Positions 19,775 through 30,275 of a DNA stretch of 64,000 bases are shown here, piece by piece. Within the stretch, counting starts at the first letter, position 1, and every line of letters begins with the position of its first letter. The notes under the pieces were generated by a model. It was not told the origin of the DNA and did not search any database. It saw only the letters and a program-made list of their open reading frames with translations. This stretch comes from Lacrimispora sp. (GTDB lineage Bacteria > Bacillota > Clostridia > Lachnospirales > Lachnospiraceae): contig JAQSYE010000001.1 of assembly GCA_029256305.1 (NCBI GenBank), positions 3,139 to 67,138 of the forward strand, read 5' to 3'. The position numbers and the translations under genes were made by a program.

Positions 19775-20704
19775 TCATTCTACCCACGCCCCATCACTAC
19801 CTACCTTATATCCGTCCGGGGTCGTTGTACTGGTGTACATCGCACCATCATTACCGCAATAATACCACTTTGATTTCCAGCTGATCCAACCAGTAACCAT
19901 ATTTCCTGATTCATTCATAAAATACCATTTATCATTTTTAAATTGCCAACGGCTTCCCGGGCCTTCCAGACCCATCTTGGATTTCCCAAAACTGATTTTT
20001 GCAGCCTCTTCGGAGGTTACAGGGATAACATCTGATTTCTTCCACGTTCCCTTAAGTGATGAATCCGTTACAGCACGGACCTGGTAGGAATACTTGCCCT
20101 CTTTCGTTATATAGGCAGATACATCATAATTGGGATCTTTTGTAATGAACGACCTTACCAACCCACTGCCGCGGTAAAGTTTTAACTGGTAATTATCTGC
20201 TTCACTTACTTTATCCCATCTGACTGTCCCGTTCGTCTTATCCCATTCTAACCCATTCACATTAAGGTCGATCACATTTAGGCTATGGTTGCTGCTATTG
20301 TCTTTTAAGGCATCGAATACAATATAAATCTTTATATCTGTTTCATTCATCAGACCTCCAATAACAGTCCCATTTGTGCCATTAATTTTTATGTTTTTTA
20401 TAGATTGATTGGTAAAAGTATAAGAATCGTCGGCCTTAATCCGAACCACTAGCGTTGGGCGGTCGATATCTCTAAAATCACCATCCGGCTCGTCGATATC
20501 ATATACTTTATCCAAGTAATACATATCTGAATCAGTTGTAACCACGATGTCTAAATTACCATCTCCGCTAACTGTTCTGTCAGCTGAAGTGATATCCAGG
20601 GAAACTTCATTAATTGTACTGGCAGCTGCCATGGACGTAAACGGAAATGCCATAATAAAGAAAGCTGTACCTAAAGTAATCAGAGACTTACTGCTACAAA
20701 ACAT
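19775..20704 (-). CDS. Secreted protein with FN3-like domain and C-terminal cell-wall (choline-binding type) repeats
   Basis: Signal peptide (FPFTSMAA), W..V..A..Y.L.LY/YQVRAV FN3-like segment, KWYFMNESGNMVTGW...KWYYCGNDGAMY...TTPDGYKVGSDGAWV repeats. Confidence 0.85.
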   Translation of the reverse strand: MFCSSKSLITLGTAFFIMAFPFTSMAAASTINEVSLDITSADRTVSGDGNLDIVVTTDSDMYYLDKVYDIDEPDGDFRDIDRPTLVVRIKADDSYTFTNQSIKNIKINGTNGTVIGGLMNETDIKIYIVFDALKDNSSNHSLNVIDLNVNGLEWDKTNGTVRWDKVSEADNYQLKLYRGSGLVRSFITKDPNYDVSAYITKEGKYSYQVRAVTDSSLKGTWKKSDVIPVTSEEAAKISFGKSKMGLEGPGSRWQFKNDKWYFMNESGNMVTGWISWKSKWYYCGNDGAMYTSTTTPDGYKVGSDGAWVE

Positions 20705-20809
20705 ATCATACCCTCCTGTATACATTGATCTTACACTAACAATAAACATCTACATTCGTAAACTATAAATAAAGTCTACGTCTGTAAATGTTTATTGTCA
20801 AGTAATTAA

Positions 20810-23062
20810 TTAAATTGTAATAACTCTTAAATTTTGCGCTCCCAAAACCTTATAACTCCAGTTTCCATTTCCACCTTCTACAGAAAGCCGGATTACATCT
20901 GCCTCCCGAACTGCCTTGACGTTCATCACAACTCTGCCTTTTAAATCAGTAACTGAAGTTTCACCGATTCCACCATCTTCGAATACAGACAGCCAGAATT
21001 CCACTCCGTCACTGAACTCGTAATCTGTCCTGCTGTCACAGCTTCCAACAGGTAAAATACTGTTTTCTCTTACCAAAACCGGAAGACCGTAATAGTCAAA
21101 GTTTTCCTTCTTCCAGCTTCCCCCTTCCATTACCCTTTCACTCAGCAAATTCACCCATTTCCCATCGGGTAAATAATATTCCACTTCTCCTGATTCTTTA
21201 AAAACCGGAGCCACTAGAAGACTGTCCCCTAACATATACTGTCGGTCAAGAACCTCACATGCCCGGTCCTCTGGAAATTCCATAAACATGGGGCGCAAGA
21301 CTGGAATTCCATTTTCATGAGCTGCAGTTGCCTGCCTGTATATATAAGGCATTAGTCTGCATTTCAGCTTAACAAATTTCCGGAGTACATCACAGGCCTC
21401 CTCGTCAAACAGCCAGGGTACCCGGTAGGAAGAAGATCCATGAAGGCGGCTGTGTGAACTTAAGAGACCAAACTGACACCAGCGTTTGTACACATCAGCT
21501 GTTGCCGTGCTCTCAAAACCTCCAATATCATGGCTCCAGAAACCGAACCCGGAACAAGCCAGAGACAAACCGCTTCGAAGCGTCTCTGCCATGGAGGGAT
21601 AAGACGCAGAGCTGTCTCCTCCCCAATGAACCGGGAACTTCTGGCTGCCTGCCGCGGCAGAACGGGCAAATAAAACTGCCTCGCCCTCTCCCCTCTCCTT
21701 TTCAAGCAAATCAAAGACCGCCTTGTTATATAAATATGTATAGTAATTATGCATCCGCACCGGATCAGATCCATCGTGGTATACAATATCTTTTACAGGA
21801 ATTCTTTCACCGAAATCTGTCTTAAAGCAGTCAACCCCCATAGTAAGAAGGGTCTTTAACTTTTCCTGGTACCAGATAACTGCATCGGGATTGGTAAAAT
21901 CAACCACACCCATACCTGCCTGCCACATATCAGTCTGCCATACAGAACCATTTCTCTTTTTGATAAAATAGCCATTCTCCATCCCTTCCTTAAACAGAGG
22001 GGACTTCTGGGCTATATACGGGTTGATCCACACGCAGATTTTAAGCCCTTTTTCATGGTAACGTTTGAGCATCCCAACTGGATCCGGAAATGTCTTAGCG
22101 TCCCATGTAAAATTACACCACTCATATGCCTCCATCCAGAAACAGTCAAAATGAAAAACCTGAAGCGGTATATCGCGCTTTGCCATTCCATCTATAAAAC
22201 CAGAAGTGGTGTCCTCGTCATAGTCCGTAGTAAACGAAGTCGTCAGCCACAGCCCAAAGGACCAAGCCGGAGGAAGTGACGGTTTTCCGGTTAATTCCGT
22301 GTATTTTTTAATGGTGCCTTTGGGTGTGTGGCCATTTATTACATAATAGTCCAGCCGCTCACCCTCTAAAGAAAACTGGATACGCTCCACTTTTTCGCTT
22401 GCAATTTCATAAGCTACATCACCCGGATCACTGACCAAAACCCCATACCCCTTATTGGTGATATAAAACGGGATGTTCTTATAAGCGATTTCGCTGGCAG
22501 TTCCTCCATCCTCATTCCACATTTCAACAATTTGTCCATTCTTCACAAATGGAGTAAACCTCTCACCCAAGCCATAAATATATTCTCCCACATCAAGAGA
22601 AAGCTGTTCCACCATATAGCATTTTCCATTTTCCCCATTTTTCATATAGGCCATATTTTTAAAACCAGTACTGGTAAGCTCCCTGTCTCCATCTAAAAAA
22701 CGAATTCCCCAGGAATCAGGCCGTTTGTCTACGACGACTTTCGTGTTACCTGTCTGAAAAACAATATCAGCTTCTGATTCAACAATGCTTACTTTGTGAT
22801 CCCACTGTTCCATTGCGGTAAAAGGTCCAGGGTCCACCGCTCCTTCAAAATGAGAAACGGAGACTTTTACTACATCATCCATGGGACTTGTAATGCGGAT
22901 TGTCAGCATCCCCAGATTCAGTACGTCTCCTCTGCTTTTTATCTGCTTCCCCGGAGCATAAATAATTAATTCCCCTCCATTTATCCGGCTTCCTCCATAT
23001 TCAACTGCATAAAGGGGTGTGATTTCTTCTCTTACCTTCCAAAAACCATTGGTGAATTTCAT
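20810..23062 (-). CDS. yicI: Alpha-xylosidase (GH31)
   Basis: MKFTNGFW, YGLGERF, WSFGLWLTTSF, HFDCFWM, CFKTDFGE nucleophile, WSHDIGGF acid/base. Confidence 0.93.
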   Translation of the reverse strand: MKFTNGFWKVREEITPLYAVEYGGSRINGGELIIYAPGKQIKSRGDVLNLGMLTIRITSPMDDVVKVSVSHFEGAVDPGPFTAMEQWDHKVSIVESEADIVFQTGNTKVVVDKRPDSWGIRFLDGDRELTSTGFKNMAYMKNGENGKCYMVEQLSLDVGEYIYGLGERFTPFVKNGQIVEMWNEDGGTASEIAYKNIPFYITNKGYGVLVSDPGDVAYEIASEKVERIQFSLEGERLDYYVINGHTPKGTIKKYTELTGKPSLPPAWSFGLWLTTSFTTDYDEDTTSGFIDGMAKRDIPLQVFHFDCFWMEAYEWCNFTWDAKTFPDPVGMLKRYHEKGLKICVWINPYIAQKSPLFKEGMENGYFIKKRNGSVWQTDMWQAGMGVVDFTNPDAVIWYQEKLKTLLTMGVDCFKTDFGERIPVKDIVYHDGSDPVRMHNYYTYLYNKAVFDLLEKERGEGEAVLFARSAAAGSQKFPVHWGGDSSASYPSMAETLRSGLSLACSGFGFWSHDIGGFESTATADVYKRWCQFGLLSSHSRLHGSSSYRVPWLFDEEACDVLRKFVKLKCRLMPYIYRQATAAHENGIPVLRPMFMEFPEDRACEVLDRQYMLGDSLLVAPVFKESGEVEYYLPDGKWVNLLSERVMEGGSWKKENFDYYGLPVLVRENSILPVGSCDSRTDYEFSDGVEFWLSVFEDGGIGETSVTDLKGRVVMNVKAVREADVIRLSVEGGNGNWSYKVLGAQNLRVITI

Positions 23063-23073
23063 ATCTGTTCTCC

Positions 23074-25149
23074 TTAACTGAATGAATCAGTTTCTAATCC
23101 ATCAAATTTCTCTGCTTCCAACACGCACTCATCAACTTCTATCCACTGTCTTAATCGGATGTCTGAGACAGAACTTCCCACACAAATCTCATACTCATCC
23201 TCCGGCACAACATAGCACTTTAACTCTTCATTGTAATAAGAAAAATCTTTTTCAGTTAAGCAGAATGCCAGTGTTCTTTTTTCTCCAGGCTCTAATGATA
23301 TTTTATCAAACCCACGCAGTTCCATGGCCGGTCTCTTTATATTTTTCCCCACAGCCCTGACATAAACCTGAACAGTTTCAAGTCCAGCCCGATTTCCGCA
23401 ATTACTTACGTCCGTCTTTACTAAAAAGCCCTGGCAGGTCTTCTCCACTTTAAGGTTCTCATAAACATACTCCGCATAAGATAATCCATGACCAAAGCAA
23501 TATCTTACCTTAACATTCTCTGATTCAAAGTAACGGTATCCCACAAATACACCTTCACCGTAAACAACCGTCTCATCTCCCGGAAATTCCCCCAGCTTAT
23601 GGGCTGGACAATCTTCAAGACACCTTGTTAAGGTAAACGGCAGCTTTCCGGAAGGATTCACATTTCCCAGAAGAACTCTGGCAAGTGCCCGTCCCCCCTC
23701 CATTCCATTGTAGCTGGTATAGACAATGGCTTTTGCACGGTCTGCAAAGGCTTCTAACTCCACCGGTGATCCCGCCAGTACAGCAATGACAGCATTTTTA
23801 TTGACATTTAGCACTGCCGAAATTAGCTCTTCCTGACCGGCAGGGAGTTTCATATCCTTTCGATCCTGCCCTTCCACATCCAATTCATGATTCAGACCAA
23901 TAAAGACGATCACATCTTCGCATTCCCCAGCCAGAGCAGTGGCCTTTATGAGGCCCTCCGCTCCTACTCCAGGTTCATATTCCACTGCAACGTTACCGCC
24001 CGCTTCTATTTTAAGCCCCATCAGAGGGGAAATTTCATACAATGCTTTGATTCCGGCGCTTCCTCCTCCGGGGGCATGAAGTACAGCTGCATTTTCACCA
24101 ATCACCGCCAGGCGCTTCTTTCCTTCCAGAATTATAGGAAGCCGTTCTTCTTCATTTTTTAAAAGTACCACTGCTTCTTCTGCACAGGAAAGTATGGCCT
24201 CCCGATGAGCAGAAGTATTATATACACCTGGAATTCTGTTTTTTCTTTCATCGCCAAGCATGGACAGACGGTTCATTAAAATCAGGATATGCCTGACTTT
24301 CTCGTTAATAATTTCCTCATCTACTTCATTTTCCAGCACCTTTTTGCGCAGAGGATCTGCCATAAAGTAATCATCAAAATCATTGGTAACAGACATTTCG
24401 ATATCAAGCCCGCCTAAGGCGGCTTCTGACGTATTATGAACAGCACCCCAGTCAGAAATCACAACCCCGTCAAAATCCCATTCCTTACGGAGAATCTCCC
24501 GAAGAAGGTAGGGATTGTGGCAGCAAAATTCGCCCCGCAGCTTATTATAGGCTCCCATAATGGTCATAGACCTTCCCTCTTTTACTGCTGCTTCAAAGCC
24601 TGGCAGATAAATCTCCCGCAGTGCCCGTTCACTGACCTCCACGCTGACCGTGAGGCGGTTTGTTTCCTGATTGTTCACTGCAAAATGTTTCACGCAGGCA
24701 GCTGTGTCATTCTCCTGTATTCCCTTTATCAGTGGAACCGCCATCTGGGCAGTGAGGTATGGATCTTCACTCATATATTCAAAATTGCGGCCGCAAAGAG
24801 GGGTGCGGATTATATTGATTCCCGGGGCCAGAATTACATCTTTTCCCCTTCCTCTTGCTTCTGATCCCAATACACGCCCCATCTGTTCTGCCTGTCTGCG
24901 GCTCCAGGTACATGCAAGAGCCGTATTAGAGGGCAGATAGGAGACAAAATCATCTGTAGTTCCTCTGGGGTTCCAATTATCATCTTCAAGCTCTCTTCTC
25001 ACTCCCATAGGCCCATCGGACATCCAGAGGGGCAAAATATCCAGCCGCTTTACTCCGCCTGTATGAAAAATCCCCTGTCCATGTATCATCCCCATCTTTT
25101 CTTCCAGTGTCAGTTCGTTTACCAGTTCATCAATCTCATGCCTTTCCAT
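23074..25149 (-). CDS. GH3 beta-glucosidase/beta-xylosidase
   Basis: SDGPMGVR, GRNFEYMSEDP, VKHFAVN, VISDWG nucleophile, NPSGKLP, YGEGVFVGYRY; ATG 25149 with GGAGG SD. Confidence 0.93.
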   Translation of the reverse strand: MERHEIDELVNELTLEEKMGMIHGQGIFHTGGVKRLDILPLWMSDGPMGVRRELEDDNWNPRGTTDDFVSYLPSNTALACTWSRRQAEQMGRVLGSEARGRGKDVILAPGINIIRTPLCGRNFEYMSEDPYLTAQMAVPLIKGIQENDTAACVKHFAVNNQETNRLTVSVEVSERALREIYLPGFEAAVKEGRSMTIMGAYNKLRGEFCCHNPYLLREILRKEWDFDGVVISDWGAVHNTSEAALGGLDIEMSVTNDFDDYFMADPLRKKVLENEVDEEIINEKVRHILILMNRLSMLGDERKNRIPGVYNTSAHREAILSCAEEAVVLLKNEEERLPIILEGKKRLAVIGENAAVLHAPGGGSAGIKALYEISPLMGLKIEAGGNVAVEYEPGVGAEGLIKATALAGECEDVIVFIGLNHELDVEGQDRKDMKLPAGQEELISAVLNVNKNAVIAVLAGSPVELEAFADRAKAIVYTSYNGMEGGRALARVLLGNVNPSGKLPFTLTRCLEDCPAHKLGEFPGDETVVYGEGVFVGYRYFESENVKVRYCFGHGLSYAEYVYENLKVEKTCQGFLVKTDVSNCGNRAGLETVQVYVRAVGKNIKRPAMELRGFDKISLEPGEKRTLAFCLTEKDFSYYNEELKCYVVPEDEYEICVGSSVSDIRLRQWIEVDECVLEAEKFDGLETDSFS

Positions 25150-25165
25150 GAAAACCTCCTGTTGT

Positions 25166-25984
25166 TTATCCCTTAACTGAACCGGCGGATACTCCGCCAA
25201 CAATATACTTCTGGCCCAGTATAAATACGATCAGAACCGGTGCAAGCGTTAAAATAATATCTGCTGCCACCAGGTTCCAAGAATTCTGAAATGCTCCGAA
25301 AAAACTGTAGACTGCAAGGGTCATGGGCCATTTTCTTGAATTATTTAAGTAATACAGCGGCATGGTGAAATCGTTCCACACCGTCATAAATTCCAATACG
25401 AATACCGTTGACATAATAGGCTTAATTAATGGCACAATCACCCTTATAAACAGCTGCCTGGGACTGCACCCGTCAATGACTGCCGCTTCATCGATTTCTC
25501 TGGGAATGGTCGCGATAAATCCAAAGGAGAGAAAAAGACTTAAAGGAATATTAATTGCAGCATATAAAAGAATAATTCCAATCCGGGTATTTACCAGATG
25601 CAGAACCTGGAGAACCTTCATCAGCGCCACATTATTAATAGGCACTGCAATACCTGAAATAATAAAATAGTACAAAAAGCGGTTAATCCCTTTTTGATTC
25701 CTGGAGATCACAAAAGCAGCAGCGGACACCAGAATGACTATAATCACAACGCTGCAGGAGGCATACAGAATTCCGTTTAGAAAAGAAGAAAACAACTTCC
25801 CCTTCTCCACTACCGTAATATAATTTTCAACCACCCATTTTTTTGGAAGAGAAAGAGTCATCCGGTTGGCTTCCGTAGAGGTCTTAAAGGAATTGATAAA
25901 TAGAACCGCCAGCGGAAGCAATACAATCAGGCTGAGCAGAAGTGAAAATATATTTCCGACTATGGTAACAATACTCTTCTTCAT
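25166..25984 (-). CDS. Carbohydrate ABC transporter permease
   Basis: EAA motif IPREIDEAAVIDG, WNDF, C-terminal GSVKG. Confidence 0.93.
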   Translation of the reverse strand: MKKSIVTIVGNIFSLLLSLIVLLPLAVLFINSFKTSTEANRMTLSLPKKWVVENYITVVEKGKLFSSFLNGILYASCSVVIIVILVSAAAFVISRNQKGINRFLYYFIISGIAVPINNVALMKVLQVLHLVNTRIGIILLYAAINIPLSLFLSFGFIATIPREIDEAAVIDGCSPRQLFIRVIVPLIKPIMSTVFVLEFMTVWNDFTMPLYYLNNSRKWPMTLAVYSFFGAFQNSWNLVAADIILTLAPVLIVFILGQKYIVGGVSAGSVKG

Positions 25985-26862
25985 CAGACTTCCACCTCCT
26001 TGTTTTCCATGGACCAGATGATGAAATACAAAAGTGATAGAACTACAAAGAATAGTATACTGGAAAGAGTGGTACCCATAGCCAGATTGCCTTTGGAAAA
26101 CTCCTTATATACTGCCGTATTAATCACTCCAGTTGCATTACCCGGCCCGCCGTTTGTCAGGGAATAGATCATGTCAAAAACGCGCAGACCGTAAGTCACA
26201 TTTAAAACGGTTACATTTACAAGAACCGGCTTTAAAAGCGGCAGGGTGATACAGGTAAACTTCTTATAAAAACTGGCTCCGTCAATACTGGCGGCTTCGT
26301 AGTACTCGGGGGCTACAGAAAGTAGCCCCGCAATTACTATCACCATGATATATCCCATACCCTTCCAGGTATCAACTAAGATTACAGTTGGAAAAACAAG
26401 TTTTAAATCAGTCAGCCAGTTCTTTGCCAGCCCTCCAAACCCAATGCCTCTTAAGAAATTATTTAAAAAGCCGGTGGTTGGATGAAGCATGCTGCGGAAA
26501 ATCAGACCTACCACAAGATAGGACATGACCTGGGGTGAAAATATGATCATACGGTGGAGGTTTTTTCCCTTAATGAAAGTCTGGGTTAATAACAGGCCCA
26601 GTGCCAGCCCCACAACAGTTTTTAGTACCGTTGTTGCAACCGTGAACCAAAGGGTATTAATTACGTATTTCATATATTCCGAATTACCCTGAAAAATCGT
26701 CTTATAATTTGTCAGTCCCACAAAATGTATCTCATCGCTGAAATTATTCCAGTCTGTAAAGGAATAAGCAATTCCAAGCACTCCCGGAAGGAAACACAGG
26801 AGAAAGAAGAGAATGGCTGCGCCGGCAGCATAATACCACGGGTATATTTTTTTTCTGTTCAT
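25984..26862 (-). CDS. Carbohydrate ABC transporter permease
   Basis: YSFTDW, FVGLTNY, YYEAASIDGA, LTNGGPG. Confidence 0.93.
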   Translation of the reverse strand: MNRKKIYPWYYAAGAAILFFLLCFLPGVLGIAYSFTDWNNFSDEIHFVGLTNYKTIFQGNSEYMKYVINTLWFTVATTVLKTVVGLALGLLLTQTFIKGKNLHRMIIFSPQVMSYLVVGLIFRSMLHPTTGFLNNFLRGIGFGGLAKNWLTDLKLVFPTVILVDTWKGMGYIMVIVIAGLLSVAPEYYEAASIDGASFYKKFTCITLPLLKPVLVNVTVLNVTYGLRVFDMIYSLTNGGPGNATGVINTAVYKEFSKGNLAMGTTLSSILFFVVLSLLYFIIWSMENKEVEV

Positions 26863-26875
26863 TTGCACTGTTCCT

Positions 26876-28207
26876 TTATTTTACCCAACCCGGATCTTTT
26901 TGGAGAGTTGCCTGCTCCGTACGCCGTTTCATAATCGAGTTGAGCACATCCTTGGGTGTCATTGCGCCGGTATACATGGACTCTAAATCCTTTCCTACAT
27001 CCATCCACTGGCTGTCTATGTAATTCACTGAGGTCTGAACCACGTTAGCCTTTTTTAAGGAATCCAAAAACTTCTGATCCTCTTCAGAATACTTGCTCTT
27101 AATCTCAGACCAGCACAGATTGCTTAATTCCGGCTGTCCATCAAGACGCTTCTGTAAGTTTTCCGGTTTTGAAAGAAATTCAAAAAACTGCTTTGCTTCC
27201 TCTACATATTTGCTGTCCTTGTTAATAAAATATGCATTGCTTGCAGGATTCACTCCAACGATCTGATTATCTCCCCATGGCATTACGAAAGCACCTAATT
27301 TCTCAGTAGCCTTAAAATCAGGATAATCCGCGTCAATCTCTCCCCGGTAGCCCAATTCCGCAATTGTCATGGCACATCTGCCAGATGCCATTGCCTCTTT
27401 TCCGTTTTCCCATGCATTGCTTAAATAATCATCTCCAAAATATCCCGCTCTTGCACATTCATCTAACTGACCGATAATGGTAGAGAGTGCAGGAATCTGA
27501 TCTAAATCAATTTTGTTGTCATTTAATTTTTGATAGATATCCGGATCCTGCGCCAGCCACAATCCGCCTGTTTCAAACAATGGTAACACCTGATGCCAGC
27601 CATTGGTGGTAGCCTCATAAATTGGCGTGGTGCCTGAATCCTTAATCTTCTGGCAGACATTTTTAAACTCCGCATAGGTGGTAGGAACAGTCAGACCCAG
27701 CTTATTGAAAATGTCTTTGTTATAGAGGTAAAAATACATCTTCGCGCCTGGGAAGGTAATTCCATATACCTTACCGTCAGCAGAAACTGCCGACTTGGCA
27801 CTTGCATCCAGCCGGTTTACCCAGTCCTGGTCTGTCAGTTCTGCACAGTATTTATCCATGTGAATACTGGAGACAAGACTGATTGGTGTATCCGCGCATA
27901 TAATATCCGGTGCTTCTCCTGATTCAAGCTTTACCTTGATTAAATCTCTCCACTGCGCATCCGGGGATATCTGAAAATCGATCTTAATTCCGGTCTCTCC
28001 TTCGAACTCTTTTGCAAGTTCCTGAACAATACCAGAAGTCGGAAGTCCGCTTTGATGACTACCAAACGTCAGCGTAACATTCTTTTTCGCACCACTGTTG
28101 TCAGCACTTTTTTCATTGCTGCCCCCTGTATTGCAGCCCGCTGTCATTCCTGCTGCCAGTATCACCGCCAAAGTCAGACTGATTAATTTTTTTCCGCTTT
28201 TTCTCAT
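26876..28207 (-). CDS. Carbohydrate ABC transporter substrate-binding lipoprotein
   Basis: Lipobox TAGC, SGEAPDI, DGKVYGI, LYNKDIF; ATG 28207 after AAGGAG. Confidence 0.9.
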   Translation of the reverse strand: MRKSGKKLISLTLAVILAAGMTAGCNTGGSNEKSADNSGAKKNVTLTFGSHQSGLPTSGIVQELAKEFEGETGIKIDFQISPDAQWRDLIKVKLESGEAPDIICADTPISLVSSIHMDKYCAELTDQDWVNRLDASAKSAVSADGKVYGITFPGAKMYFYLYNKDIFNKLGLTVPTTYAEFKNVCQKIKDSGTTPIYEATTNGWHQVLPLFETGGLWLAQDPDIYQKLNDNKIDLDQIPALSTIIGQLDECARAGYFGDDYLSNAWENGKEAMASGRCAMTIAELGYRGEIDADYPDFKATEKLGAFVMPWGDNQIVGVNPASNAYFINKDSKYVEEAKQFFEFLSKPENLQKRLDGQPELSNLCWSEIKSKYSEEDQKFLDSLKKANVVQTSVNYIDSQWMDVGKDLESMYTGAMTPKDVLNSIMKRRTEQATLQKDPGWVK

Positions 28208-28341
28208 GACCTTCTCCTTTACTCTCCTCACCAAGACTTGTTATTTGTTCCAGAAATACGATTAAAAGAAACAATGCTTTGTTATAATTTTATAATATCA
28301 CAAGGGGAAGAGAGGCAAAATAGACAATTCCAAACTGTCAT

Positions 28342-28370
28342 TTGCATTTTTTTGAACTACATTGTATAAT
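28342..28370 (+). promoter_or_regulatory. Sigma-A promoter of the two-component operon
   Basis: TTGCAT-17 bp-TATAAT. Confidence 0.65.
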
Positions 28371-28397
28371 ATCGTTCAAGAAGGGAGGTGCTTTTCT

Positions 28398-30275
28398 ATT
28401 AAAAATTCAGGAAAACAATATTCCCAAAAATGGTATCTCTTTATTATATATGGTCTTCTCATCCTGGTACTGCTGGTTATTTTCTTTGTTTTTACTTATA
28501 GCCATTACCGCAAAAATGCCTTAAAGGATGCCTCTAAGGATCTGGAAAACATGTGTGCGTCAGTAGAAAGTTCCGTAAGAACCCAGCTTGACAACCTCTC
28601 GTCGATATCCATGAATATCGTATATTCCAATGCGATTAAAATGAATTTCAGGGAATTCTCCACTTCATACCAGAAATACGCAGCAGCGCCCACAGATCAG
28701 GCCACCTCCCGGGAAAAGGCAATGGCAATACACGATATCGTCACAGCCATGATCGGAGCATATCAGAGTGCCTCTGGAATCAACTTATATACCATGGATG
28801 GCTCCTGTGTTGAGGCCGGTTACTGGCTTAGAACCACCTCCGTAGATTTGGAGCGCTTGCCCTGGTACTCCCAGACTCTTGCATTAAACGGACACAAATA
28901 CATAACTTCGCCAGTGGTAAACAAAGAGCTGCCTGCAAAAGGTGAGAATCAAAAATCTCAAAAATTCATCTCCCTGGTACGCCTTTTTCTGGACTCAGAC
29001 GGCAAACCGGAGGGGATTGTTGAAGTTGTGCAAGATTGTGACAGGATTTTTTCCCTTTCCTCCCAGCTTGAGCATCAGAACCCGGACAGCCATGTATTTA
29101 TCTACAATTCCAGGCAGGAGCTTGTATATCCCTACGTTTCCGACTCTTCCTACCCAGACTATTATTCCATGATAACTCAGGCTTCCAAACCGGAAAGTCA
29201 GGCAGGAGTCATAAATACGGGAAGCAGCGGAAAATATCTTTATTCCTACCAAAACGTCGAAGGCTACGACTGGACGGTCATCCTGGTCAGACCTCAATCC
29301 GCTTTTTATAAATCACTTTCCCTTTTCCGCTCAACGTTTTTCCTGATTGGAGCATTATCCATCCTTGTGACCCTCTTCCTATGTTTTTTTATCTCCAAGC
29401 GTCTGACTGTTCCCCTCGAAAAGCTGACGGCAGCCACAGGAAAAATTACCATCAGCCGCGTCCTTGATGAAAAAAAGGTTAATTTGACCTCCGCTGACAG
29501 CAGTATAAAAGAACTTTCTCTGCTCTGTGAATCCATCCGCAGCATGTATGAAAAACTGCGTTCCACCTCACAGGAAGTCTTATTATCAAAATCCGAAGAA
29601 ACCCGCGCCAAATTTCAGGCAGCCCAGTCACTGATAAACCCCCATTTTCTCTATAATTGCCTGACAAATATTTCTGTTATGGCGGAGGAAAATATGAATG
29701 AGGACATCATACGAATGTGTCGTTACCTGTGTGATTATTTCCGCTATATTTCATCCTCCAGGGAGATGATTGTCCCACTGAAAGAAGAAATCTTCTATAC
29801 GGAATGTTACTTAAATTGTATGCAGATGCGTTTTAACGAAGGCTTTACTTATACCATGGACATCGAAGAAGGCACAGAGCAATTCTATATCCCAAAACTT
29901 ATTATTCAGCCAATTGTGGAGAATGCCTTCAAGTACGGATTTCAGATATCTCCGCCATGGCGGCTGTCCATTACATCTTATACGGATAATAAACGGTGGT
30001 ATCTAAAGGTGGAGGATAACGGAGGACTCTTAAGTGAAGAAAAAAAAGAAGAATTGTTAAAACTCTATGAGAACCTGGATATGGATAAAGAATGGAATTC
30101 ATTACAAATCGGCAATATGGGACTTAAAAATGTCTGCCTGCGTCTAAGACTTCTCTATGGAACTGAAGCAGTTTTTCAGATTGACTGCTTCAGCCCCTCC
30201 AGAACCAGTTTTATAGTGGGCGGCCCGATCTATCAGTCAAGGGAGGAATATTATGAGCACCATCCAGAGCTATAG
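28398..30275 (+). CDS. YesM/LytS-type sensor histidine kinase (Cache + HAMP + His_kinase)
   Basis: Two TM helices, INPHFLYNCL H-box, IQPIVENAFKYG N-box, DNG, GLKNV; proposed ATT start at 28398 (ORF track start 28362). Confidence 0.88.
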   Translation: MKNSGKQYSQKWYLFIIYGLLILVLLVIFFVFTYSHYRKNALKDASKDLENMCASVESSVRTQLDNLSSISMNIVYSNAIKMNFREFSTSYQKYAAAPTDQATSREKAMAIHDIVTAMIGAYQSASGINLYTMDGSCVEAGYWLRTTSVDLERLPWYSQTLALNGHKYITSPVVNKELPAKGENQKSQKFISLVRLFLDSDGKPEGIVEVVQDCDRIFSLSSQLEHQNPDSHVFIYNSRQELVYPYVSDSSYPDYYSMITQASKPESQAGVINTGSSGKYLYSYQNVEGYDWTVILVRPQSAFYKSLSLFRSTFFLIGALSILVTLFLCFFISKRLTVPLEKLTAATGKITISRVLDEKKVNLTSADSSIKELSLLCESIRSMYEKLRSTSQEVLLSKSEETRAKFQAAQSLINPHFLYNCLTNISVMAEENMNEDIIRMCRYLCDYFRYISSSREMIVPLKEEIFYTECYLNCMQMRFNEGFTYTMDIEEGTEQFYIPKLIIQPIVENAFKYGFQISPPWRLSITSYTDNKRWYLKVEDNGGLLSEEKKEELLKLYENLDMDKEWNSLQIGNMGLKNVCLRLRLLYGTEAVFQIDCFSPSRTSFIVGGPIYQSREEYYEHHPEL

